Origin: Histomonas meleagridis 2922-C6/04-290x | Taxonomy: Eukaryota > Protista > Parabasalia | Direction: 5' to 3' | NCBI GenBank assembly: GCA_020184695.1 | Contig: JAANOX010000216.1 | Span: 1 to 64,000, forward strand | DNA length: 64,000 nt | Part shown: positions 11,440 to 21,899 of the stretch, piece by piece | Numbering within the stretch: position 1 is the stretch's first letter | Layout of the letters: every line of letters starts with the position of its first letter | Made by a program: the position numbers and the translations under genes | The notes under the pieces: model-generated | What the model was told of the DNA's origin: nothing | What the model saw: the letters and a program-made list of their open reading frames with translations, nothing else | The model's database searches: none

Positions 11440-12855
11440 ATGTCGATGCAATGGCCAGAAACACTAGATGATCTACAATTCTTTGTATCTCGAATGAATA
11501 CTTTACGCCCAAAGTTTGCTGCTAAAATTCTAGCTATTTTGCATTTTACTAAAGATCATCCAGAATATATTCCAAAAGTCGGTGGAGCATGGATGAATGA
11601 TGGACGACATTTTATTATTAATTCAAAAATAGTTGGAAATTTTCTTGATTTAAAAGCAAATTCAGTTAATACTAATTTTCGTGATCACGATTTTAAAATC
11701 TTCAATAGTGAAACAGATAAAATTCGTAAACAATTTCCTGAACTTGTTGACGTTCAACACTGGAAAATGAGAATGCATACCACTGAAAATTTTTCTTCAG
11801 AAACGACACTTCAAGCCGCAAATGATTTACCGTTTGCACAAAGCATTCCTTCTCAGGCAGACTTTTCCGACAAAATCATACCCAAAGAGCTAATGACCAC
11901 ATTTTTAAGACCAGAAATCGATAAGGAAATTATTTATTCATTATATCAGATTTACAATTCGCTAGAACCACAAGATCAACAAGCTAATCTTGATGAGAAA
12001 TGGTATTCCAATCTTCTCTTACACTTATGTCGTGTTTGGAAATCAACAATCTCCCAAACGCCTGAAACAGATTTCGTTACTGCTGTCAATTGCCTTCTTT
12101 CTCTTGACGACAGTCTTATCGAAGAATTCAAGCTCCAACTTGATACCAACCTTACTTTTTTCTTTGAGCAACGAGAAGATTGTTCACAATTATCAGATAC
12201 CTTTTCCTTTGATTCTTTTGTCAAGTACTTCATTCGTTATGGGTGTACCACTGATCTTCTTCAAACCCTTAAAGAAATAACATATTTTGATCAATCTGGT
12301 TTTGAACCATTATACTTTCCATTAACCTCATCTGACATAAAAGCAAAGTTTGTTGGATGGTTTTCTCCATATCATCGGAATGATCATCTCATTCCTAATC
12401 CCGGCGATTGGATTTGCAACCCGTCAAATAAAATAAACGTCTTCTCGCTTCACTGCCGACAAGAAGACGATACGATAATTTCAATACACATTTATCACAA
12501 TCCAACGGAAGACGATCAAAACCGTCGATACTCAGTGAATTTTAAAGATGGTGTTAAAACTAGTCCAACACTTGATATTATGTTTAGAGATATACTATCA
12601 TTAAGGTACACAAACACAAGACCAAACACACACGCAGAGAACTCGCGTGGGTATGAAAAATATGCCGATGTGATTGTGAATAAAAATAAAGAAAATCAAC
12701 AGACAGAACAACAACAAAATGAACATGAAGAAGATAAATTCGCATCGGGCTCACAGATAACAGATTCCCAATTTCTTCCGTTTATGCAATTTAGCGGTAC
12801 ACAGAACTCACAAAATGGTTTTGGGCCATTCGATAGTCAGTCAACGTTTTTCTAG
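11440..12855 (+). CDS. Initiator-binding-domain (IBP39-like, IBD winged-helix) protein
   Basis: The N-terminal KFAAKILAILHFTKDHPEYIPKVGGAWMNDGRHFIINSKIVGNFLDLKANSVNTNFRDHDF matches the parabasalid IBD family pattern. Confidence 0.8.
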   Translation: MSMQWPETLDDLQFFVSRMNTLRPKFAAKILAILHFTKDHPEYIPKVGGAWMNDGRHFIINSKIVGNFLDLKANSVNTNFRDHDFKIFNSETDKIRKQFPELVDVQHWKMRMHTTENFSSETTLQAANDLPFAQSIPSQADFSDKIIPKELMTTFLRPEIDKEIIYSLYQIYNSLEPQDQQANLDEKWYSNLLLHLCRVWKSTISQTPETDFVTAVNCLLSLDDSLIEEFKLQLDTNLTFFFEQREDCSQLSDTFSFDSFVKYFIRYGCTTDLLQTLKEITYFDQSGFEPLYFPLTSSDIKAKFVGWFSPYHRNDHLIPNPGDWICNPSNKINVFSLHCRQEDDTIISIHIYHNPTEDDQNRRYSVNFKDGVKTSPTLDIMFRDILSLRYTNTRPNTHAENSRGYEKYADVIVNKNKENQQTEQQQNEHEEDKFASGSQITDSQFLPFMQFSGTQNSQNGFGPFDSQSTFF

Positions 12856-13361
12856 TTATGAATTTATTAAAAGTCTTTGAAAATAATTTCTCTATGTAAA
12901 AGTTTCGACTTTAGGTATTTATATTAAATAAGTAAATTGTTTTTGATTTTGATTTGATAATATTTTTAGCACATAAATATCATTTCATCAGTTTTATATT
13001 GAATCCGTTTAAGAGGCAGTAGTTAATCGAAATGTTCTCGACTGGTCCAAAATGACTATTTAGCTTTTTTTGCCCCGCCTCAGGGAATACGTTTGGATTA
13101 GATAAATTTGCTTTACAAAAACTGAGTAAAGACTATTTAATTATTTGGAAATGAATACCTGGGAAATACTTTAATTTCATTTGTCTGATTAAAACCGTTG
13201 TCCTGCTATTCAAATTTAGAAATGTTCAATTTCCAAACATTTTGCGTGTTTTACTTAAGTAAACAATTCATTACATTCAAAATTACCCAAAATGTTCGAT
13301 AGATCTTGTGTGCATAAACATTTTCTTATGAGAAAAATTCAAAAATATTCTACCATCCAAA

Positions 13362-15570
13362 TCAGTTGTATTGATATCCTTGAACATCAATTCCTTTTTG
13401 TTCAAGAAGTAATTTAACTATTTCTGTATGACCATAATAAGATGCATACATAAGTGCTGTTATAAATAATTTAAATAATTTCCAAATATTATTTTGAAAT
13501 ATAAAATTATTCAAATAAATTTTAAATAAAACAATTAAATATCTTTATCATTAATATAAATTCTTTCTTGTTCAAGAAGTAATTTAACTATTTCTGTATG
13601 ACCATATAAAGATGCTAAAATAAGTGCTGTTTCAAATAATATAAATAATTTCCATATATTATTTTGAAATATCAAATTATTAAAATAAATTTTAAATAAA
13701 ACGAATGAATAGATGTAAAATTAATATCAATTCCTTCTTGTTCAAGAAGTAATTTAACTATTTCTATGTAACCACATCTAGATGCTACCATAAGTGCTGT
13801 ATCAAATTCTTTAAATAATTTCCAAATATTATTTTGAAATCCAGAATTATTAAAATAAATTTTATATAAAACAAATAAATATTTTTAGCATTAATATCAA
13901 TTCCTTCTTGTTCAAGAAGTAATTTAACTATTTTTATATGTCCATTTTCAGATGCAAATATAAGTGCTGTTCTAAATAATTTCCAAATATTATTTTGAAA
14001 TATAAAATTATTAAAATAAATTTTAAATAAAACAGATAAATATCTTTAGCATTAATATCAATTCCTTCTTGTTCAAGAAGTAATTTAACTATTTTTATAT
14101 GTCCATTTTCAGATGCATTAATAAGTGCTGTTCTAAATAATTTAAATAATTTCCAAATATTATTTTGAAATATAAAATTATTAAAATAAATTTTAAATAA
14201 AACAAATAAATATCTTTAGCATTAATATCAATTCCTTCTTGTTCAAGAAGTAATTTAACTATTTCTATATAACCTTTTGAAGATGCTACCATAAGTGCTG
14301 TGTTAGCATTAATTCCTATTGCTTTTTGCTTGAATAAGAACTTATACATTTCTGTAGAACTAAAATTAAAATTATTTATAATTTGTAAATAAAATAATTA
14401 AATAAAACGTTAATTAAATTTTTGATACATTAAATTTTTGATATAAAACTATAAATAAATTAATTAAATATCATCATTACTTTTAATCAATATAAATTTA
14501 TTTTTAAGAATATCTTTAAAAAGTTCTTTATTTCTTGCAATTAAAATTAAACTTAAAACATTTTTAGGGATTTTATCTATATTATTATTTACAAAATATT
14601 TAAATAAAAATATATTTCCAGTTTTAATCGAAGTTTTGATAAGTTCCTCAAAATTTTTATTTTCTTTATCAATTAGAAATGAAAGTATTTCAAAATTATA
14701 ATAAAAAACACATTCAATTAATAAATCAGTATGCATAATATTTTCTGATTTATTTTCATAGATGTATTTAAAAATATCATTTCGATGAAATATAATTGCT
14801 GCTTCATATGCACCTTCAAATGTTGAATGATTTTTGTTCACATAAATGAATGATTTCTTCATTCCCACTTGCAACTGCATATTTACCTGTATTTTCTACA
14901 TTAGCACCATTCATAAGTAAATATTTAAAACATTGAACTGAAGAAAAAAATGCTGCATAATCAATTAATGTAACATTTTCTTCATTTATAAATGAACAAC
15001 TTTCATAAAGTGATGGTTCAATTTTTTGATTAAAATCAAAATTTATTTGTGATGATATTTCTTGAAGTTTTTCTACTTCATCATTTCGAATTGTTTTTGC
15101 TATTTCTTTTGGATTATGTACTTCTTTAATTAATTTCTTATGAAGTTCAAAATCATTCTTTGAAAGCTCTTTGTAATTATCTAAAATTGATTGTAGAAAA
15201 TTAGATTTTATATTTTTAATTTCGCTTTTTCTTTTATAGTGAATAAATAACAACGAGTTTATATATCTAATCTTATTTTCTTCAATTATTTTATTTTCAA
15301 TTAATCTTTCGAGAATATAATTCGATTCTTGTGTTTTAAAATTAAAAAGAAAATCTGTAAAAATATTAATGATATTATCTTCTTTCGTTTCATTATTTGT
15401 ATCTTTTTTTTGATTATATAATTCTTCTTCTTTCATTTTAAATAATTTTATATATTCAAAAATTAATTGAATATTTTCATTTCCCATTAAAAAATACGAA
15501 TAAAGTAATTGACAAATTATAAGCTTAAATGAATATGGATATTGATGGGTTTTAATAAATAATGTTGATT
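13362..15570 (-). pseudogene. Locus B: near-duplicate of locus A (DUF3447 + interrupted ankyrin repeats), 5'-truncated, one homopolymer frameshift
   Basis: Sequence about 14340-15571 is nearly identical to about 1395-2580 and identity stops abruptly at about 15571. Six TAL repeats follow; the last ends at TGA 13362-13364. Confidence 0.75.
13380..14301 (-). repeat. 170-bp ankyrin/spacer tandem array
   Basis: Thr codons at 13460, 13630, 13800, 13970, 14131 and 14301 (periods 170, 170, 170, 161, 170). Confidence 0.9.
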
Positions 15571-15883
15571 CTTTGAATTTTTCTCCTCAACTTTGTATAC
15601 AAATGACTTACCTTGAAAGAACCATTATTAACAGCAATAATATTTCTTAGGTTGGCAACCTTATGATTTTACGATTGATTTGATATCCATTGAGCAAACG
15701 TTCGTTTTTTAAAATTAACGTACAATTTCCGACCGTTTATTTATTCGGTGTTACCTTTTTTTGAGACATTGGGTGCTTGTGCTTTTGTATTTTTGTATTT
15801 TTAGAAATTGTGTGTGTTATTTTGGTTAGATATCGTCCAAATTTGGGTGTGAGATTCCTCATATGGCTCACGATTTGGTCTGT

Positions 15884-15891
15884 GACCGTTT
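15884..15891 (+). promoter_or_regulatory. M3-type (Myb-like) core promoter motif GACCGTTT
   Basis: Matches the trichomonad M3 consensus DRCSGYTD and lies 39 nt before ATG 15931. Confidence 0.5.
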
Positions 15892-15930
15892 AATTTCTGA
15901 CGAATTTTTTAAAATAGCAATCGGGAGAAC

Positions 15931-18682
15931 ATGCAAAAACGCGAAACAAATTCAAGTAAAAAAGAAAAAATATTTCCCCAAAACAAAGGACTAGAATTGT
16001 TCTCTGAGCTTGAACAAATCATAATGAATCTAACAGAAGAAAATATAAATTTTTCAGCTATCCATACAACAAAATTATTTGATTTTTCTTTACCATATTC
16101 ATTTAATCTTGTTATAAGTCAATTAATTTATTATGCATTTTTATCACAAAGAAATAAGTGTACTACGTATTTTAAATTTTTTGAAATTATTCAAAAGAAA
16201 GAAGAGGAAAAAATTGGTTCTAAATACAATATTATTGAAATATTTCTGAATTATATCATAAAAAATAATTCTCAAGAAGCTCTATATCTAATTGAGCAAA
16301 TGATTAGACAAAATTTAATTGATGCAAATATTACAAAGATAATTCCTTCAAAATATTTTGCTCATTACAAAACTACAACTGAAAACAAAGAATGGATTAA
16401 TGATCGATTTTTTTCTACTTTTATAAAAAATTTTGAAGAATTATCAAAGAATGATTGGGAGCTTCATCAGCAATATGTTAAAGAAGGACATAATCCAAAT
16501 GAAATTGCAAAAATAATTCGAAATGATGAAATAGAAAAACTTCAAGAAATATCATCACAAATAAATTTTGATTTTAATCAAAAAATTGAACCATCACTTT
16601 ATGAAAGTTGTTCATTTATAAATGAAGAAAATGTTACATTAATTGATTATGCAGCATTTTTTTCTTCAGTTCAATGTTTTAAATATTTACTTATGAATGG
16701 TGCTAATGTAGAAAACACAGGTAAATATGCAGTTGCAGGTGGAAATGAAGAAATTATTCATTTATGTGAACAATGTTGTTCATCATTTAAAGGGTCTTAT
16801 GAAATTGCGATTGAATTTCATCGAAATGATATTTTTCGTTATCTTTATGAAAATAAAATGGATAATTTGTATGAGGTACATGATACAGAACCTCATAGAG
16901 ATTTTCTGAAATATGAAGATTTAATAAAATTTTGTGTTATAAGTGGAAATTATGAAATCCTATCATTTTTAGAAGGAGAAGGAACAAAAATCAATGAATC
17001 TATTATCAATGAATCAGCAAAAATTGGTAATGTATATCTACTCATTCATTTTCTTCATAATAATAAGAAAATACCAAAAAATATTTTAAGTTATACTATT
17101 GAATCAGAGAATGTTGAAGTTGTGGAATATATCATTCTTAAACATAGAAAAGAAATCAATTTTAATTCTGTAAATATTTTTTGTAAAATTTCAATGTTTT
17201 CATATCATATTTAATAATGAATTATTAAGTTATTTAAAACACCTTTGTTATATGTTGCTGAAAAAGGTTACACTGAAATAGTTAAATTACTTCTTGAACA
17301 AGAAGGGATCGATATTAATGCTAAAGACATTTATTGGTTTTATTTAGAATTTATTTTAATAATTTTGGGATATTTCAAAATAATATTTGGAAATTATTTA
17401 AATTATTTAGAACAGCACTTATATTAGCATCTGAAAAAGGTCATACAGAAATAGTTAAATTACTTCTTGAACAAGAAGGAATTGATATTAATGCTAAAGG
17501 TATTTATTTGTTTTATTTAATATTTATTTTAATAATTTTCTATTTCAAAATAATATTTGGAAATTATTTATATTATTTGAAACAGCACTTATAAATGCAT
17601 CTAGATATGGTTACATAGAAATAGTTAAATTACTTCTTGAACAAGAAGGGATCGATATTAATGCTAAAGATATTTATTTGTTTTATTTGAAATTTATTTT
17701 AATAATTTTGGTATGTTTCAAAATAATATTTGGAAATTACAAAAAATATTTAAAACAGCACTTATTTTAACATCTAGAGATGGTAATTTAAAAGTAGTTA
17801 AATTACTTTTGGAACATAAAATAATTGATTTAAATGTTAAAGATGATATTTATTTACTATAATCGATATTATATAATGTAACTTTGGTTTTTAAGCCAAA
17901 ATTTGAAATTTTACTGTATAATTTGAAACACCATTAATTTGGGCCTCAAAATATGGACATAAAGAAATAGTTAAAATACTTCTCGAAAAAGAAGGAACTA
18001 ATATTAATGCCAAAAATTTTTATGTATTTTATTTAAGGTTTAAACTAATTAAAATGGATTTCTTAATGATGTTTGGAAAATATTCATATTGTTTCAAACA
18101 GCACTTATAAAGGCATCTTCAAGTGGATACACTGAAATAGCCAAATTACTTTTAGGAAAAAAAGGAATTGATGTTAATGTTCAAGACATTGTTTTTATGT
18201 TTTGTTTAGAATTTATTTATACAATTTGATATTTTAAGTGTGTATTTGGGTTTTATTTAAAATACTTGAAACACCAATTGTGTTTGCAGCTAAAAATGGT
18301 CACACAGAAATAGTTAAATTACTTCTTGAACAAGAAGGAATTGATATTAATGCTAAAGATAAATTTTTGTTAATTTATTTGATAATTATTTTAACGATTT
18401 GATATTTTAAAATAATATTTGGAATTTACTTAAAATATTTTGTACAGCACTCATGAAAGCATCGAGAAATGGTTATGCTGAAATAGTTAAATTACTTCTT
18501 GAACAAAAAGGTATTAATATTAAAGCTAAAACTATTCACTAAATTTATTTAAAATTCAATTAAATGATATAATATTTCAAAACAATATTTGGAAATTATT
18601 GAAATTATTTGAAACAGCACTTGATTTAGCATCTTCAAAAGGTAATCAAAAAATTGTTGCGTTATTTCATGAATTTTTTTAA
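15931..18682 (+). CDS. Locus C: DUF3447 + 9 ankyrin repeats, each preceded by a non-canonical intervening spacer; ends in a C-cap repeat
   Basis: An intact 427-aa first ORF with DUF3447 motifs is followed by open 30-codon repeats starting at 17239, 17412, 17582, 17755, 17928, 18098, 18271 and 18444. The final TALDLASSKGNQKIVALFHEFF* runs 18614-18682. The joined gene model is inferred. Confidence 0.75.
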
Positions 18683-18834
18683 AAAATTTACTGTCAATAA
18701 AAACATTATTGAATAAAATCGTATTTCCATGGCGAAAACGGTCGCAAGAAGGTTTTTTTCCAGAAAAAACGAATCCTAACATCTAACTAAATGTGATTTA
18801 TAGGTAAATTTTAGTCTAAAATATTATATTATAA

Positions 18835-18922
18835 CAATTAAAATTTATATCAATTCCTTTTTATTGAAGAAGTGATTTAACTATTTCTGTGTGCCATTAT
18901 AAGATGCTCTAATAAGTGCTGT
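18835..18922 (-). pseudogene. Single decayed ankyrin repeat unit
   Basis: TALIRASYNG-HTEIVKSLLQ*KGIDIN, with one frameshift and a stop. Confidence 0.7.
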
Positions 18923-19390
18923 ATTTGTTCATCGTTGGTTATTGGGCTATTTTGATGGATAGCTCTGAATGCCTCCTTTGTTGCGTCTGCCTGAAAGAAT
19001 CTGTTGAGCATGTACTTGACGTAGTTATCGAAGTCCAGTGTACTTCTTGATGATTTCCTTGCATTCATCTTCGGTAGAAATCTCACCGAGTGATGTAAGG
19101 CACGAGTTAAGTTCGTATGGCTCGAGCGTCTTGCTCTTGTCCTTGTCGAAGAAGTAGAATGTTTTAAGGAATTCGTTAAGTTGTTCTTCAGAGATTTCGA
19201 TACCTTTAGCATCTGCAATTGCTTTGTCTGCTTCTTGGATTAATGTCTTAATATGTGATAATGTGTTGCCGAATAATTGTGAGATAGCTGATGGTGAGTT
19301 CTCGACTTCAAATTCGAGTGAATCCTTTTCAAGTTCTTCGTATGATGGAAGGATTTCTTCGACTTTGTCCTTTTGCTTCTGGAAGCGACT
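18923..19390 (-). pseudogene. Alpha-actinin C-terminal fragment (spectrin-repeat end + EF-hands)
   Basis: Reads ...KGIEISEEQLNEFLKTFYFFDKDKSKTLEPYELNSCLTSLGEISTEDECKEIIKKYT / LDFDNYVKYMLNRFFQADATKEAFRAIHQNSPITNDEQ. There is no start codon, a frameshift near 19040, and GC-richer codon usage than the flanks. Confidence 0.7.
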
Positions 19391-19476
19391 AATTAATTAA
19401 TTCTTTTCTTTAAGCACTTATCTGTATAATTCATTTAAATCAAAAAATAACTCAAAAAGATAATTGATTGCGTTGT

Positions 19477-21513
19477 TTATGTAAATGCTATGAATACGCA
19501 AACTGCTTTTCCGTTCTCTCTCTTTGCGCACAGTGGATAAGCACCGTCTCCATAACCACTGAATGTAATAGCGCCTCCAGGAACCACTCTCATTAGTGGT
19601 GCGTCTCTATCTTCAAGTAAAGATGTGTATAAAATGGAAAACTCTTGTTTGATTTTTTGATCTTCCTGATTTGCCATAAAAAATCCATCTCTTACCACAT
19701 ATTTTCCGAACCTATTCAATGCCTCCTTATCTTCAGCCATTACAACGTCATTAGTATTAAAGAAATGTGACTGTGTAATTAGCATTGACATTGCAATATC
19801 ACTACCAACCAATCCGGACACTTCAAATCCAGGCATATCATCCACAGGCGTTATCTTGTTTCTCTCAATATTCTCATGATTTCCAACAACTTTCTTATAT
19901 AAGTTTTCATCTGGGATTTCCTTGAGCACTTTTTTGTAATCCTTATGAACTAATATGAGTGAATTCACAACCGAATCTCTGTATTGAATTTTTGCCACCC
20001 ATTTACCCCCTAAACAATTCAGTACTTTAGGCGACTTTTCTTCAGTGGCCCATAAGTCGCCAGGGTCGATTCCAAATATTGTTTCACCATCAACCACGTC
20101 AACCTCATTATAATCCCTTGGAATTTCTTTCTTCCATTTCGTCACGGGGATTTCATCAACATTTTTACGTTTATCTTTATCAATAGCTTCAACAATTCCA
20201 AGCCATAAAAGCTCATCTTTTCGAAGACAAGAACCGCTATGATGTGATGAAGATAACCTCAAACTTGATAAGTCTGACATGTTATCTGGCAGATTTATCA
20301 TTGCTGCATGGATAACATTATTCTCATTAGTGGTGACGAACCTTGTGTTTTGGGACTTATAAAAGATCGGGGCTCCAATTTTGGTTAATATTTCGATCTC
20401 ATCAACTTCTTTGTAATCCTTTGATTTAAATTCTTTTGGTACTTTTCCAAACCCTTTTACGACTTTATAATTACAATACGGCTTTGCTGGGAGATACATA
20501 TCGTATTTATTTTCTTCTTTTTTCATATCAAATGCTTCTGGATATTTCGGAATATATTGAACATAATTAAGTTCTAATGGTGGTTTGTATTTATATTGAT
20601 TACTAAGTTCAAATTGGATGTCATTAACGTTAATAATTTTCCCAAGTTTATAATTATATCCCGAAATAACATGATAATGTTGATGTTGTTCAACAATGGC
20701 TTCTTTAAATACAATTGCAATGCGATCATTGCTAATGATTGAGATACAATACACTTCGGATTTAATGGCAATGTTAGTAATTCCATGAAATAGCTCATGC
20801 GTATTCGGATTATAAAGCGTAAACTCAAGATCGGCATCGGAGTTATGCGGAAACATCATATTGGATGGCCTGTTAATGGAAAGAAGACCTTTTGTTGGTA
20901 ATGAAATTGTTGTGAATCCAAAATATTCTGCTGACTCATCAATATGTTGAATAATCAGTTCGTCTGACTTAGGAACGAAAAGGAAAAGATGGTGGTCATT
21001 AGTAATATAGTATTTACCATCAAATTGTTGAGGAATAATAATTGGAATATTTTCATTGTCATGATTACGAGAAGAGAATTTGGAATTACAGTATATGCGT
21101 TCAGGTGGAATTGGTTTGCCACTGGATGACATGGCTGTGAGATTGATCGGCTTGATTTCGGTTTCGGTTATTAATAAAGTTTGATGTGATTTGGATAAAA
21201 TGTAATAATTGCCTTCGAAGTTGATGAGGGATAAATCGTAATTACTATCAACGTTCTCTTGAAATGTGGATAATATTGTATCAGTATCACGATATAAAAG
21301 AAATGCATTAACTCCGTTACAACGAATCCAAAGAAGGTTTAGGTCTTGAGATAATTGAATTTGCAAATTAGAATATGATTGTTGAAGAAAATCATACTTG
21401 GAAAGTAATGGGGACTGTTGAGCATCGAAGAAAGCAACATTTTTGCTTTTGATGAATTGTACGTCTTCACCATTTTCAATGATTTCGCCAAATGGAGTTG
21501 CGTATTTCTGCAT
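19477..21513 (-). CDS. Hypothetical protein; C-terminal SGYGDGAYP motif reminiscent of DUF4241
   Basis: About 680-aa ORF with first ATG at 21513 (track start is TTG). It ends GGAITFSGYGDGAYPLCAKRENGKAVCVFIAFT. Confidence 0.6.
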   Translation of the reverse strand: MQKYATPFGEIIENGEDVQFIKSKNVAFFDAQQSPLLSKYDFLQQSYSNLQIQLSQDLNLLWIRCNGVNAFLLYRDTDTILSTFQENVDSNYDLSLINFEGNYYILSKSHQTLLITETEIKPINLTAMSSSGKPIPPERIYCNSKFSSRNHDNENIPIIIPQQFDGKYYITNDHHLFLFVPKSDELIIQHIDESAEYFGFTTISLPTKGLLSINRPSNMMFPHNSDADLEFTLYNPNTHELFHGITNIAIKSEVYCISIISNDRIAIVFKEAIVEQHQHYHVISGYNYKLGKIINVNDIQFELSNQYKYKPPLELNYVQYIPKYPEAFDMKKEENKYDMYLPAKPYCNYKVVKGFGKVPKEFKSKDYKEVDEIEILTKIGAPIFYKSQNTRFVTTNENNVIHAAMINLPDNMSDLSSLRLSSSHHSGSCLRKDELLWLGIVEAIDKDKRKNVDEIPVTKWKKEIPRDYNEVDVVDGETIFGIDPGDLWATEEKSPKVLNCLGGKWVAKIQYRDSVVNSLILVHKDYKKVLKEIPDENLYKKVVGNHENIERNKITPVDDMPGFEVSGLVGSDIAMSMLITQSHFFNTNDVVMAEDKEALNRFGKYVVRDGFFMANQEDQKIKQEFSILYTSLLEDRDAPLMRVVPGGAITFSGYGDGAYPLCAKRENGKAVCVFIAFT

Positions 21514-21899
21514 TTGGAAAAGTGAAGTCAGCAAATACAAATTTAAACGGCTGTGAACTCACTTTTGAACGCAATCAGCTGACCAGATATCAATTCAAAA
21601 ATTTACCATCAACGATTTGTACAGTTAAACCCTCTCTATATTTATCATTATTTTAGAAATGTATAAAAGCTTTTGGTAATTGTCTGGGTGGATAAGAAAG
21701 CAGAACTTAAAATATATGGAATAATTATTATTAATTATTAATTTTTATCAAGATCAAAAACTTTGTTAGCTTGAGTGCTAGGCTACATTGGCCTTTTGAA
21801 ATTGGTTGATATTTATTCTATTTTGAATTCTATTTTGACAAATATGTGGATTTGTTCCAAATTATGAAATGTCATGTGAAATAGATATTAGACCAATAA

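Noticed and set aside
15591-15611. Possible short canonical intron GTAAGT...ACAAAG (minus strand, 21 nt)
   Set aside because: It has no CTAAC-like branch motif and no convincing upstream exon.
17845-18270. Simple -1 programmed frameshifting as the general mechanism
   Set aside because: In these spacers the upstream frame stops before the downstream frame opens. The 60/63-nt spacers are in frame with stops, and the slippery heptamers are not conserved.
17329-18613. Canonical GT-AG splicing using the recurrent ACAG at T-A-L or the GTATGT at 17711-17716
   Set aside because: The AG needs a phase-1 donor that is not consistently present, and it is absent in T-P, S(TCG/TCT)-A, T-S and T-F copies. 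GTATGT occurs once, mid-spacer, and no ACTAAC branch motif is present.
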